DNA from: an uncultured Bacillota bacterium
GTDB lineage: Bacteria; Sysuimicrobiota; Sysuimicrobiia; Sysuimicrobiales; Segetimicrobiaceae
Direction: 5' to 3'
Assembly: GCA_963804645.1 (NCBI GenBank)
Contig: CAWDRG010000017.1
Location: 544,001 to 608,000 of the forward strand
Length of the DNA: 64,000 bases
In this document: one piece after another, positions 1 to 12,937 of the stretch
Numbering within the stretch: the stretch's first letter is position 1
Layout: the number at the start of each line of letters is the position of its first letter
The notes under the pieces: generated by a model
What the model saw: the letters and a program-made list of their open reading frames with translations, nothing else
The model's database searches: none
Told to the model about the DNA's origin: nothing
Made by a program: the position numbers and the translations under genes

Positions 1-294
1 CAGCACCGTGAAGTCCTGTGAAAATACGTACGTCAGGCGGCCGTTGATCGCCCCATACCCGGTGACGACGCCGTCGGCGGGAGCCTCGATCCGGTCCATG
101 CCAAACGCCGTCGCGCGGTGGGTGACGAACTGGTCGAGCTCAACGAAGCTCCCGGGATCCAGCAGCTCCGCGACGCGCTCGCGGGCCGTCAGTTTGCCGG
201 CATCGTGCTGGCGGGCGGTCCGCTCGGGGCCGCCGCCCGCCGAGATGCGGGCCTTGCGCGCGCGCAGATCCGCGAGGCGCCCGTCCTCCGGCAC
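1..294 (-). CDS. Acyl-CoA (propionyl/methylmalonyl-CoA) carboxyltransferase beta subunit, N-terminal part; runs off the window edge
   Basis: Not in the ORF track. Manual translation from GTG at 294: [121 protein letters not shown] and QDFTV are typical PccB/MmdA motifs. Confidence 0.92.
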   Translation of the reverse strand, partial: MPEDGRLADLRARKARISAGGGPERTARQHDAGKLTARERVAELLDPGSFVELDQFVTHRATAFGMDRIEAPADGVVTGYGAINGRLTYVFSQDFTVL

Positions 295-301
295 CGGGCG
301 G

Positions 302-1639
302 CTAGGCCTGCCCCGAGCCGTCCATCATTGGGCGGATCGACAGGATGGCGTGCTTGTAGACCAGCTCCGTGGCGCCCTGCACGTCGAGCAGCAGGCTGTA
401 CGTCCCGACATCTCGCAGCACCGCGCGCGCCACCTCGTAGCCGTCCACGCAGCGCACGTGGACCGGCGTGCGGTTCGCGATGAGTGATTGATAAAACACG
501 TCCTCCATGGAGTGCCGGTTCGGAGTCGTGGACGTGCTTCCGGCGCGCGGAGCTTCCTGTCGCACTGTCGCTGTCACCCCTTCCTGTCCGGGCCGAATGT
601 CGCGTAAGTGTCGAATGATATCGGGGTCATCGGGGATGGGCGTCGTCCGTCCCGAGTTCGCCCGCGGCAGGGTCTCGGACACGCTGCCCACGCGCATGTC
701 CACCGCGGTCGCGGTAGAGGCCCGTGTCCGCGAGCGTGACGCGGCCTCCGGCTCATGCCATTCCTCCAGCACCTCGCCCCCATCCACCTCGCTCCCCTCC
801 TCGGACGCCGTCGGCGCGGGGGCGCGCGCGGTGCGTGGGTGCCGTTCGACCCATTCACCCTCGGACGGCGCTGCGTGCGACGGCGCGGGCGGGGTCCCGG
901 CGTGCGGCGGCTCGACGCGCTCCGCGGATCGCGCGTACTGGCGCATCGCCTCGAGCCGCGCACGGCGATCGCCCACGGGCAGCGGCGTCGCCGTCAACCC
1001 CGCGCGCATCGCCCACTTGACGACGGCGTCGAGGGCCGCCTCCACCATCGCGTCGGACGTGGATTCGGCCTGCGCGATGCCGAGCGACGTCTCCGGACCG
1101 CGCGGCATCGCGATCGAGATGCCGCACAGCGCGGTCGGCCGGTTGACGAACATCACGAGCGACGCCTGCTGGACCGTGATTTTCCGGTGGGCGGGCTCGA
1201 GCGCATCGCGGGCCGCGTCGACCGTTGCGGCCGCCAGCGCGCGGAATCGGTGCTGCGAGCCGGCCCCGCCGCGCGCGCGTCCCGTCGACGTGCGGTCCTC
1301 GCCGCCGCGGGCCCACGCGAGTTGGACGGTCGCGGTCATCTCCGTGGCCGCGACCGTCTCCTCGACGCGGAGGATCTGAAACCGCGGCAGCTCGCCCGGC
1401 CCGATGCCGGCGCGCGGCTGCGTGACTTCGATCCGCCACGGTTCGATCGGAATTCCGTACGTGCTCACGAGCGCCGCCGCGATCCCGCGCCGCACGGCCC
1501 GGACGTCCGCGCCGTGTTCGGCCGTCACATACACCTTCGCGACCTCGCCGGCCGGCGTAGTGAACACCCGCGCCGCGGCGACGCCGTCGAGGGTCCCGAG
1601 AAAACGCTCGATCTCTTCGGCGAAGACTTCCTTGGGCAT
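302..1639 (-). CDS. Multidomain protein: N-terminal conserved-hypothetical domain, Pro/Ala/Glu-rich linker, C-terminal Hfq (Sm-like) domain
   Basis: ATG at 1639 (MPKEVFAEE...), 445 aa. The C-terminus [60 protein letters not shown] follows the Hfq pattern, including the Sm2 YKHAI motif. Confidence 0.8.
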   Translation of the reverse strand: MPKEVFAEEIERFLGTLDGVAAARVFTTPAGEVAKVYVTAEHGADVRAVRRGIAAALVSTYGIPIEPWRIEVTQPRAGIGPGELPRFQILRVEETVAATEMTATVQLAWARGGEDRTSTGRARGGAGSQHRFRALAAATVDAARDALEPAHRKITVQQASLVMFVNRPTALCGISIAMPRGPETSLGIAQAESTSDAMVEAALDAVVKWAMRAGLTATPLPVGDRRARLEAMRQYARSAERVEPPHAGTPPAPSHAAPSEGEWVERHPRTARAPAPTASEEGSEVDGGEVLEEWHEPEAASRSRTRASTATAVDMRVGSVSETLPRANSGRTTPIPDDPDIIRHLRDIRPGQEGVTATVRQEAPRAGSTSTTPNRHSMEDVFYQSLIANRTPVHVRCVDGYEVARAVLRDVGTYSLLLDVQGATELVYKHAILSIRPMMDGSGQA

Positions 1640-1750
1640 GGTCGCGCTATTTTCTCCCAGACACGGGCGGCTCCCTGCCTGACTTCGTCCGGGGCGCCGC
1701 ATCGCACACCGCACGCGTGTGCGGTGCGGCCGGGCTCGGGAATAGCCGGC

Positions 1751-2349
1751 TCAGAACGCCGGCATCGTTGCGGGGCGCTCGATCGGGGCGTCCACCATGA
1801 CGCCCTCACCGCCCAGGGCCCGCACGCGGCGGCCGTCGATCATGATCTGCACGGCCCGCACGTCTGGCGTCTGCGTGGCCGTGTACACGAGCTGCCACAC
1901 CCGGGCCAGCATGCTCGTGCTGCCGCCGCCCTGGGCAAAGGACCCCGTCAGATCTACCGTGGCCGTCCCGCCGGCCACCTCGAGGCGCCGCAGCGACGTC
2001 CCGCGGGGCACCTCGCTGACCAGCCCCTCGCGCCGCTCCGCCGCCGACGGACCGGCCAGCAGCGCGCGCACCGCCGACGTGATCCGCGCCGCCGGCCCGC
2101 CCGAGGGGACGGTGCGGTGGACCGCGACGAGCGATCCGGTCTCCGCGCTCCCCGTGTAGCGGACGAAAAACACCTCGACCGTGGCCTCGGCGGGCGGGCG
2201 GTGCGGCAGGGATCCCGGCCCCCGCAGCAGCCGCGCGGCGATCAGCCCCCCGACGATCACCACCGCCAGGACCAGCAGCCACCACGGGCGGCTCGCCGTG
2301 CGCTTCCGGGCACGCCGGCGCTCCCCGCCGCCGCGGCGCCGTGCGGGCA

Positions 2350-2350
<1 letters not shown>
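1751..2350 (-). CDS. GerMN-domain membrane-anchored protein
   Basis: Basic N-terminus, one TM helix (WWLLVLAVVIVGGLIAA), then ALLAGPSAAE...ATVDLTGSFAQGGGSTSMLARVWQLVYTATQ...VQIMIDG, typical of GerMN. Its ATG overlaps the ligA stop (TGATG). Confidence 0.85.
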
Positions 2351-4883
<2,533 letters not shown>

Positions 4884-4908
4884 CTCATCTCCTCCGGCGG
4901 CTCGCGGG

Positions 4909-6137
4909 CTACGCCCGCGCGAGCACGCGCTCCTCAAACGATGCCAGCGTCGGTTTGATCGTAATGGACGCTTCCACCACGTGCTCGACCGCCTCGATCG
5001 CCTTCAGCCCGATCCCCGAGATGATGGCCACGGTCACTTCGTCGGGGTCGATCACGCCGGCCTGCGCCAGCTTGCGCAGGACCCCCACCGTGACGCCGCC
5101 CGCCGGCTCGGTGAACAACCCTTCCGTCTCGGCGAGCAGCCGGATCGCGTCGATGATCTCGGCGTCGGTCACCGCCTCCGCCGCGCCGCCGCTGCGGCGG
5201 ACCAGATCCAGGACATACCCGCCGTCCGCGGGGCTGCCGATCGCGAGCGAGTGCGCGACCGTGTTGGGCCGGACCGGGATCACCGCCTCCGCGCGGTTGC
5301 GGTACGCGGTCACGACCGGACCGCACCCCTCGGGCTGCGCGGCCGTCATCCGGACCGTGTGCTCCGGGATCACCCCGAGGTCGCTGAAACTCCTGAAACC
5401 CCTTGTGGATCTTCATGAACATGTTGCCCGAGCCGATCGGCACGATCACGCGGTCGGGCGCCCGCCACCCGAGCTGCTCCGCGACCTCGAACCCGAGCGT
5501 CTTCGCGCCCTCGGAGTAGTACGGGCGGAGGTTAACGTTGGCGATCGCCCCAGTGGTGCTCCTCGCCGACCTCGAGGCACAGCCGGTTGACGTCGTCGTA
5601 CGTCCCCTCGACCTCGACGACGATGGGGTGATAGATCGCGGACCCAATCACCTTCGCGCGTTCGATCCCCTTCGGGATGAACACGACCGCGCGCAACCCG
5701 GCTTTGGCCGCGTGCGCGGCGACGGCGTTCGCGAGATTGCCGGTCGACGCGCACGACAGGACGTCGAAGTGGAACCGCTTCGACGTGGCGACCGCCATCG
5801 CGACGACCCGGTCCTTGAACGACCACGTCGGGTTTCGGGTGTCGTTTTTCAGGTACAGCTGCTTCAGGCCGAGCACCTTGCCGAGGCGATCCGCCTTGAC
5901 GAGCGGCGTGAACCCGGGGGCGAGATCCCACTCGGGCACGCGCTCCGCGGGCAGCAACGCCTCGTACCGCCACAACGAAGCCGGACCACGCGCGATCTGC
6001 TCACGAAGTGCGGGGCCGGTCAGCTTTCCAAGATCGTACTGCGCTTCCAGCGGGCCGAAACACTCCTCGCATACGAAGATCGGCTCAACCGGATAGCGCT
6101 TCCCGCACTCCCGGCACGCGAGCCCGACAACGGCCAT
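4909..6137 (-). CDS. Threonine-synthase-like PLP (fold II) enzyme; two apparent +1 frameshifts (about 5550 and 5388)
   Basis: CRECG/CEECFG Zn ribbon, NPTWSFKDR (PLP Lys), ASTGN. Other frames continue with NLRPYYSEGAKT...VPIGSG and AQPEGC...SLAIGSP...EGLFTEPAGG. Confidence 0.9.
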
Positions 6138-6227
6138 CTCTCCCCTCCCCTTTCACTCCTGCCGACCGCAGTCTGGCTGCTCCCTGTCGGGAACAGGCGG
6201 TCGCCCGGAGGCGCAGATTCTACCGCA

Positions 6228-6259
6228 CAACAAAAAGCCCCCTCCAACTCCGAGGGGGA
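6228..6259 (-). terminator. Intrinsic terminator (riboswitch expression platform)
   Basis: Minus strand CCCCCTC-GGAGTTG-GAGGGGG-CTTTTTGTTG immediately 3' of the aptamer. Confidence 0.88.
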
Positions 6260-6265
6260 TCTCTC

Positions 6266-6378
6266 CCTCTTATCTACCGGAATTGGATCTTCCGCGGGAG
6301 TTAGCACCACACCAGGTGGGAGCCTGGTAGGCTGCCGGGTGTCATCGGGCCCGTCCCTCAACCACTCTTGATAAGGAA
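6266..6378 (-). ncRNA. SAM-I (S-box) riboswitch
   Basis: Minus strand CTTATCAAGAGTGGTTGAGGGACGGGCCCGATGACACCCGGCAGCC...GGTGCTAACTCC...GATAAG. P1 (CTTATC/GATAAG) and the S-box core motifs are present. Confidence 0.95.
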
Positions 6379-6395
6379 GCTATGAAATTGATGTT

Positions 6396-6424
6396 AGACT
6401 AGCAACTCCCTGTTTTGCTGTCAA
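6396..6424 (-). promoter_or_regulatory. Sigma70-type promoter for the riboswitch leader
   Basis: TTGACA-17 bp-TAGTCT with an extended -10 TG, about 18 nt upstream of the aptamer. Confidence 0.85.
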
Positions 6425-6562
6425 GAGCAGGTCATGCGCCGGTGATCGGCCGGTGTCTGTCACCCGCGCACGCGCCCTGCGCGGCGACGCGGCCGCCCCG
6501 ACGCCTTGCGTGCGTGTTCGGTCCGGCGCGCCCCGCGCGCGACCGAAGCGGCCGTGTGCGGG

Positions 6563-6571
6563 TGGTATACT
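6563..6571 (+). promoter_or_regulatory. Extended -10 element, probably a leaderless promoter for lgt
   Basis: TGgTATACT 7 nt before the ATG at 6579; no SD sequence. Confidence 0.6.
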
Positions 6572-6578
6572 GGCCCCG

Positions 6579-7352
6579 ATGCATCCGGTCCTCTTCCATC
6601 TCGGTCCCCTCACACTTCGGTGGTACGGCGTCATGATGGGGCTCGCGCTGTTCCTCTCGGTCCCGATGACGGCGTACTTCGGCGAACGGTTCGGCATCCC
6701 GCGGGTCCTCCTCACGGAGCATCTCGCGCTCCCGCTGCTGGCGGTGCTGCTGATCGGCGCGCGGCTCGGCTACGTGGTGTCGCACCTCTCCGAGTTCGCC
6801 GGCGATCCGCTCGCGATCATCCTGCCGCCCTACGCCGGCCTCGCCTCCCACGGATCGATCGCCGCGGGCTTCGTGTTTCTCGCCTGGTGGTGCCGGCGCT
6901 ACCGGCAGCCGCTGTGGCGGGTCCTGGACGCGATGACCCCCGCGCTCCTGGTCGCCATCATGCTCGTCCGCTGGGGGAACTTCATGAACGGCGAGCTGCT
7001 CGGCGATCCGACGTCGCTGCCGTGGGGTGTGGCGATTCCGGGGCTGCCCGGCGGCCGCCTGCATCCGCTCCCGGTCTACGAGATCATCGGGACGGGGGCG
7101 ATCCTCGCGTGGATCCTGCCGCGCGCCGCGCATCGACCGTTCGACGGCGCGCTGTTCTGGTCGGCGATCATCGCCTCGTCCGTGCTGCGATTCGTGCTGG
7201 ACCTGCTGCGCAGCGAGGACCGCACCGCGGTGTTCCTGACGCTCGGCCAGATGGCCGCCCTCGTGCTGATCATCTGGGGCGCCTGGTTCCTCGCCCGCGG
7301 CTATCGACGTGCCGCGGCGCGGCCCTCACCGGAGCGGGCGCCCGGTCCCTAG
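6579..7352 (+). CDS. lgt: Prolipoprotein diacylglyceryl transferase
   Basis: MHPVLFHLGPLTLRWYGVM, GARLGYV, GLASHG, RWGNFMNGELLG, LPWG, HPLPVYE, RF. Confidence 0.95.
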   Translation: MHPVLFHLGPLTLRWYGVMMGLALFLSVPMTAYFGERFGIPRVLLTEHLALPLLAVLLIGARLGYVVSHLSEFAGDPLAIILPPYAGLASHGSIAAGFVFLAWWCRRYRQPLWRVLDAMTPALLVAIMLVRWGNFMNGELLGDPTSLPWGVAIPGLPGGRLHPLPVYEIIGTGAILAWILPRAAHRPFDGALFWSAIIASSVLRFVLDLLRSEDRTAVFLTLGQMAALVLIIWGAWFLARGYRRAAARPSPERAPGP

Positions 7353-7388
7353 CGGGGCGTCGCGGCCGGGGACGGCGGTCCGGGACGG

Positions 7389-8639
7389 CTACGGCGACGG
7401 GTGGCGCGCGTCATAGCGATCGAACTCCGGCACCGCGGCCGCGAGCACCCCCACGCCGATCATGCACGCCAGTCCTCCGGACACAATCGAGAACGGCACG
7501 CTGACGAGCGAGGCCACGACGCCCGCCTCCAAATTTCCGAGCTCGGGGCCGGTGGTCACGACGGCCTGCTCCATGCCGCTCAGCCGGCCCCGCATCCCGT
7601 CGTGGACCACCGTCAGCGCGATGGCGTCTCGAAACACGGCGCTCACAAAGTCGGCGCCGCCGGCGAGCACGAGGAACGCCAGCATCCACCCCAGCGATCC
7701 CGCGAGGCCGAACGCCACGATGGCGGCCCCCCACACCAGCACCGCCGCCATCACGACGCGCCCCTGGCGCCGCACTTGCGCGATGCCTCCGCTCAGGAGC
7801 GACGCGAGCAGCGCGCCCGCGTAGGGCGCGGCGTAGAGATAGCCGAGGACCTGCGCGCCTCCGCCCACGCGCTCCGCGATCGCCGGAAACAGCGACGTCG
7901 GCATGCCGAACACCATCGCGTTGAGGTCGACGGCGAACGTGGACTGGAGCACCCGCCGGCCGCGGAGGAAGCGCAGCCCTTCTCGGATCGACGCGAGGCC
8001 CGGGCGCGGCGTGCCGCGGGCGGGCGGCACCGGCGCCATCGCCGCGAGCGTCGCGAGCGCGACCAGAAACGCCGCGGCGTCCACGAGGTAGGCCCCCCCG
8101 ACCCCGATCCGCGCGATCAATACCCCGCCGACCACGGGCCCGATCAGCGACGCGGCGCTGCTGTTGACGCTCGTGAGCGCGAGCGCCGCGGGGAGCTTGG
8201 TGAGCGGCACCAGCCGCGGCACGATCGAGCCACTCCCCGGGGAGAGCAGCGCCGAGATTCCCACCGCCGCGGCGGCCAGGACGTAGATGATCCACAGACG
8301 CGGGACGGTGACGGCGTTGGCCGCGAGTGCCAGGGAGCACGCGGCGGCGCCTCCCTGCGCGCACAGGAGCAGCTTGCGCCGATCCACCGCATCCGCGATC
8401 GCCCCGCCCGGCAGCGAACACGCAAGCAGCGGCACGATCCGCACGAGCGCCAGCAGGCCGACCGCGAGCGACGACCCCGTGAGCCGGTACACCTGGAACG
8501 CGAGCGCGACCTGGGTCAGGTGGTCGGCGATGCCCGAGACGGACTGCCCGAGCCAGAACAGCCTGAATTCCCGCGACTCGCGCAGCAGCGCCGAGTCGAC
8601 GACGTGGGCCCGGAGCCGTTTGACGGGTCCGGCGCTCAT
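7389..8639 (-). CDS. MFS exporter (EntS/YbdA-like)
   Basis: About 12 TM segments, GGAIADAVDRRKLL, DLNAMVFGMPTSLFP. Confidence 0.88.
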   Translation of the reverse strand: MSAGPVKRLRAHVVDSALLRESREFRLFWLGQSVSGIADHLTQVALAFQVYRLTGSSLAVGLLALVRIVPLLACSLPGGAIADAVDRRKLLLCAQGGAAACSLALAANAVTVPRLWIIYVLAAAAVGISALLSPGSGSIVPRLVPLTKLPAALALTSVNSSAASLIGPVVGGVLIARIGVGGAYLVDAAAFLVALATLAAMAPVPPARGTPRPGLASIREGLRFLRGRRVLQSTFAVDLNAMVFGMPTSLFPAIAERVGGGAQVLGYLYAAPYAGALLASLLSGGIAQVRRQGRVVMAAVLVWGAAIVAFGLAGSLGWMLAFLVLAGGADFVSAVFRDAIALTVVHDGMRGRLSGMEQAVVTTGPELGNLEAGVVASLVSVPFSIVSGGLACMIGVGVLAAAVPEFDRYDARHPSP

Positions 8640-8657
8640 CGGCGGCCTGCGACCGCG

Positions 8658-10103
8658 TTACGACGTCGCGGAGTTCGCAGACACCCGCTCCGCCGCGGCA
8701 CCGCCTCGGGGATCCGCGTCGCCGAAGTTCATCATCCGGAGGCTGCTCACCACGCTCGCCACCGCGGCAAAGCACGCCGCGACCACGACCGCGAGGGTCG
8801 CGGCGTGCCCCGCCCGGCCGCCGTGCGCGACCACCCCGAAGATCAGCGCCACCAGCGCCGCCCCGATGGTCTGCCCGAGCAGGCGGGCCATGCTGACCAC
8901 CCCGCCGGCGTTGCCGGACCGAGACCGCGGGACGCTGGTGATGATCGCGCGGTTGTTCGGAGATTGGAAAAATCCGAATCCGAGCCCGCAGATCGTCATG
9001 CGCCAGACGATGTCCGCGGTCGTCGGATGCGCGGGGAGCAGCGCGACGAGCACGAGCCCGACCGCGAGGACGGCCAGCCCAACCCCGCCCAACACGCCGG
9101 CCGGATGACGGTCGGCAAGGCGGCCGGCGAACGGGGCCGCCACGCCCACCGCGATCGGCCAGGGCGTCAAGAGGAGCCCGGTCTCGACCTGCGACCGCCC
9201 GAGGACGTCCTGGAAGTAGAACGGCATCGCCACGAACGCGATCCCCTGCGCGGTAAAGGAGCACGTCGACGTCAGCGCCGAGAGCGCAAAGATCGGCCGG
9301 CGGAAGAGGTCGACCGGCAGGATCGGCACCGTCAGTGATTCCTGCCGGCGCACCAGGATCACGCCCACCGTCACCGCGCCGGCGAGTTCCGCCAGGACGA
9401 TCGGAAGGCCGAGGGCGTGCCCGAAGCTGTCGATGCCGGTGATCAGCAGGCCGAAGGTCAGGGCGCTCAGCACCGCGCTCGGCAGATCGAAATGGTCCCC
9501 CGACGGTTCGGTGTACGGCAGCGAGCGCAGGGCGAGCGTCAGCGCCACGATGCCGATCGGCACGTTGATCAGGAACAGCCACTGCCAGTGCGCGACCGCG
9601 AGCACGCCAGAGGCGATCGTGGGGCCGGCGGCCGAGGACGTCGCGATCACCAGCGTGTTGATGCCGATGCCCTGCCCCAGGAGCTTCTGCGGATACGTGT
9701 AGCGCACGAGCGCGGCGTTGACCGACATGATCCCCGCCGCCCCAAACCCCTGGAGCGCCCGCGCGAGCGCGAGCATCGGCAGCGTGGACGACAGCGCGCA
9801 CAGCAGCGAGGCGAGGGTAAACACGGCGAGGCCCATCCAGTAGATCCGCCGGTAGCCCATGATGTCGCCGAGGGACGCCAGCGGCGCCAGGCTCACCATC
9901 GCCGTCAGCTGGTAGGCGTTGACGACCCAGATCGACGACGCGGCGCTCGCGTGAAGATCCCGCGCGATCGTGGGCAGCGCCACGTTCGCGATCGCCCCGT
10001 CGAGACCGGCCATCGTGAGCGCCGTCGCGACGGTGGCCGCGGCCCAGTAGCGCTGGGGAATCGGGAGGCCGTCCGGCGCGTCCGACACGTCTCGTTCAGC
10101 CAT
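8658..10103 (-). CDS. MFS DHA2-type efflux transporter (YebQ/EmrB-like)
   Basis: LDGAIANVALPTIA, WVVNAYQL, LGDIMGYRR, WLFLINVPIG, FQSPNN. Confidence 0.9.
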   Translation of the reverse strand: MAERDVSDAPDGLPIPQRYWAAATVATALTMAGLDGAIANVALPTIARDLHASAASSIWVVNAYQLTAMVSLAPLASLGDIMGYRRIYWMGLAVFTLASLLCALSSTLPMLALARALQGFGAAGIMSVNAALVRYTYPQKLLGQGIGINTLVIATSSAAGPTIASGVLAVAHWQWLFLINVPIGIVALTLALRSLPYTEPSGDHFDLPSAVLSALTFGLLITGIDSFGHALGLPIVLAELAGAVTVGVILVRRQESLTVPILPVDLFRRPIFALSALTSTCSFTAQGIAFVAMPFYFQDVLGRSQVETGLLLTPWPIAVGVAAPFAGRLADRHPAGVLGGVGLAVLAVGLVLVALLPAHPTTADIVWRMTICGLGFGFFQSPNNRAIITSVPRSRSGNAGGVVSMARLLGQTIGAALVALIFGVVAHGGRAGHAATLAVVVAACFAAVASVVSSLRMMNFGDADPRGGAAAERVSANSATS

Positions 10104-10263
10104 CGGGCCTCCGGGAACTTGGCAGGATGTGACGCGAACGACCCCGTCCGTCGCCGGGACGTCCGGGATCGCGTGTCACCATTTCGCGATCGGAGGATCG
10201 ATTCCCCACGGGTCGGCCCCGCGGCCGTGCCCGACGAACGGGATACACGCGCGCGCCGCGCCC

Positions 10264-11892
10264 CTACGGTCTGGCGTACCAGTTTGCGGCGTCGCGGAAC
10301 ACGCCGAGGAAGCGCGGCACCGCGCCGCCGAGCTGCTTGACGTCCACCGCCCCGATGGAGTCGCGATAGTACAGGAGCACGACGGGCACGTCGGTGTTCA
10401 CGATCTCCTGGATCCGGTTCAAGAGCGGCTGCTGCTTGCGAGGATCCACGGTCTGGCGCGCCTCGTCCAGCAACCGATCCATCTCGGGATTGGAATACTG
10501 GCCGCTGTTCACCCCCGTGGTGATCGCCCCCGTGCTGAACCGCCGGCTGAGATCCGGATCGTTGTAGCCCCGGTTCCCGACGATCGCGAGGTCGAAGTCA
10601 TGGGTCACGACCAGGCGGTGCACCGCGGTGGCAAAGTCCGTCTGCTCGATCGTCACGTTGAACCCGGCGGTCCGGAGCATCTGCGTCACGACGGTGCCCA
10701 CGGCCGTCACCGTCGAGTCCCCGGTCGGGACGAGGAACCGGAGGGGGGCGCTCGCGTCGTAGTGCGCCTCCTGCAGCAGCTGCTTGGCGTGGGCCGGGTC
10801 GTACGTGTACGGATTCAGCGACTTGTCGTACCACGGCGTAAACGACGCGAACGGCGAGTAGGCGACCCGGCCCATCCCCAGGAGCACGTTCGCCACGATG
10901 GACTCGCGGTCGATCGCGTACATCATGGCCTGCCGGATGCGGACGTCGTCCAGCGGCTTCCGCTTCAGATTGGGGTAGATGACTGTGCCGGTCGTATTCG
11001 GGTACGAGGTGACCGCGATGTCGGGATTCCGCTTCAAGAGCGGCACATCTAGCGGCGGCAGCTCGCCGGTGCCCTCGCCAGGAATCACCTGCAGCTCCCC
11101 GCGCTCCAGCTCGGCGACGGCCGTCTCCGGGGTCAAGATCTTGATGTAGAGGTGATCGAGGGACGGCCGACGGCCGTAATAGTACGGGTTCCGCGCCAGC
11201 GTCACCAGCGTGTCGGTCTGATAGCTCGTGACCGCAAACGGACCGGAGGCCACCGACGGCACGCGCGCGAGGTCGCTCTTTTGGAGCAGCGAGAACGGCA
11301 CGGCCTGCAGGCTGTGGCGCGGCAGCGGCATCAGCTCGGTGCCGAACAGATCGAGGAAATCGGCCGAAGGCGCCACGGTGGTCACCTGGAAGACACGGTC
11401 GCTGACGATCTTGAATCCCGCGACCGCGGCGCTCTTGCCGCTCTTCCGCTCCGCGGCGCCCACGATCTCGGCGACCTCGTTCACCTTGTCGCTCGTCGTG
11501 TCCGGAGAAGACACGGCGAGCACCGTGTACTCAAAGTCCTGCGCCGTGATCGGGACGCCGTCGCTCCACCGGAGTCCCGGCCGCAGCGTGAACGTGTACG
11601 TCCGCCCGTCCGGGGAGATCGACCAGCGCTCGGCCAGGTCGGGAATCATCCGCAGATTGGGACTGTAGCTGATCAGCGACCGGTTCCCCACCTGGGAGAC
11701 CGTGATCGCAAACCCCGTCGCCGTGAAGTCGGGCAGGATCACGCTGCCGGGGGCCCCGAAGATCGCCATCGAGGCGTCCCCGCCGGCGCGCGGCTCGCCG
11801 AGCCCGCGGCCCGGCATCCCGAGCCCAATCGCCCCACACAGCCCCGCGCTCACGATCACGGCCAGCGCTGCCCGCAACGGGCCTCGCGTCAT
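10264..11892 (-). CDS. Family-5 ABC solute-binding protein (paralog group A)
   Basis: GAGGAGG RBS and ATG at 11892, signal peptide, PDLAERWSISPDGRTYTFTLRPGLRWSDG, DDVRIRQAMMYAIDR. Confidence 0.92.
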   Translation of the reverse strand: MTRGPLRAALAVIVSAGLCGAIGLGMPGRGLGEPRAGGDASMAIFGAPGSVILPDFTATGFAITVSQVGNRSLISYSPNLRMIPDLAERWSISPDGRTYTFTLRPGLRWSDGVPITAQDFEYTVLAVSSPDTTSDKVNEVAEIVGAAERKSGKSAAVAGFKIVSDRVFQVTTVAPSADFLDLFGTELMPLPRHSLQAVPFSLLQKSDLARVPSVASGPFAVTSYQTDTLVTLARNPYYYGRRPSLDHLYIKILTPETAVAELERGELQVIPGEGTGELPPLDVPLLKRNPDIAVTSYPNTTGTVIYPNLKRKPLDDVRIRQAMMYAIDRESIVANVLLGMGRVAYSPFASFTPWYDKSLNPYTYDPAHAKQLLQEAHYDASAPLRFLVPTGDSTVTAVGTVVTQMLRTAGFNVTIEQTDFATAVHRLVVTHDFDLAIVGNRGYNDPDLSRRFSTGAITTGVNSGQYSNPEMDRLLDEARQTVDPRKQQPLLNRIQEIVNTDVPVVLLYYRDSIGAVDVKQLGGAVPRFLGVFRDAANWYARP

Positions 11893-11975
11893 CTCGATCG
11901 CCTCCTCATCGCACCCACGGGCTCTCGCGAGGTTGAGGGAGCCCCGCGGCACGGGTTGTCGGCCGCCACGGTACC

Positions 11976-12890
11976 TCATGGGGGCGGCAGGGTCAAGGAC
12001 AGCACGTCCTTCGACATCTCCATGCGCACCGTCATCCACGGGTCCACCACCTGGCTGATGCGCAGATCGCCGGCCAGGCTCGTCAGCATATACGCGGCTT
12101 CGCGGGTGATCCCCCGCGCGCGGACGAGCAGCCCCACCATGTCCGCCGTCGCGAGGTGGCAGGCGCCTTCGAGTGTCGGCGCGCTGGCGATCGTCATCCA
12201 GGAGCGCGGGGTCTCGAGCAGCGGGCGGGCCGTGCGCCACCCTTTCACCAGGACGAACCGCATCACCACCGTGATCGGGACCCCGAGCCCCGTCCCCGCC
12301 ACCTCCCCGTCGCCCATGACGCCCTTGGGATCGCCCAGGCCGAACAGCGCCCCGGGCGCGCTGACCGGAAAGTACACCGTCGCGCCCCGCCGGATGTCGG
12401 TCGTGTCGAGGTTGCCCCCGTGATCGCCCGGCATGATGGTGCTGATCCCGGGCCCCGCCGGCGCCACGCCGATTGTGCCGATGCACGGGTCAAGCGGCAG
12501 CCGCACCCCCTCGTCGAACTGGACCGCCCCATCCGCGACCCGGCAGATCCGCGTGTGCGCCTCGGGGTAGCGGTCGCGCAGCAGCCCGAACCCGGGGATG
12601 ATCAGCACGTAGCCCCGCGGCGCGTCTACGCGGATCTCGCGGAGCTCGACGCCCAGGGTGTCGGTCACCTCGGCGCCTTCGACGTAGATCGGCCCGACGA
12701 CCGGATTCACGTGATCCGGGTCGACGGCGCGGTAAAGGTCGTCCGGCCGCTGGATCGTGCCGGCCATACCGTCCGGGACGTCCACCTCGATCCATTCCCC
12801 CGGACGCACCCGCCACGCCGGCGGCAGCGCGGCGTCGAACCGGTACGAGAGATGACTGGCGGAGATTCTGCGATCGATCGGCGTGGGCAT
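11976..12890 (-). CDS. Acetamidase/formamidase (FmdA/AmdA) family hydrolase
   Basis: ATG at 12890; VNPVVGPIYVEGA, PCIGTIGVAP, PGDHGGNLD, GDPKGVMGDGEV, LRISQVVD. Confidence 0.9.
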   Translation of the reverse strand: MPTPIDRRISASHLSYRFDAALPPAWRVRPGEWIEVDVPDGMAGTIQRPDDLYRAVDPDHVNPVVGPIYVEGAEVTDTLGVELREIRVDAPRGYVLIIPGFGLLRDRYPEAHTRICRVADGAVQFDEGVRLPLDPCIGTIGVAPAGPGISTIMPGDHGGNLDTTDIRRGATVYFPVSAPGALFGLGDPKGVMGDGEVAGTGLGVPITVVMRFVLVKGWRTARPLLETPRSWMTIASAPTLEGACHLATADMVGLLVRARGITREAAYMLTSLAGDLRISQVVDPWMTVRMEMSKDVLSLTLPPP

Positions 12891-12937
12891 CCCGTCCCCT
12901 CCCGTCATCGTCGAGGCGATCCGCCGCCTCGGGGATC

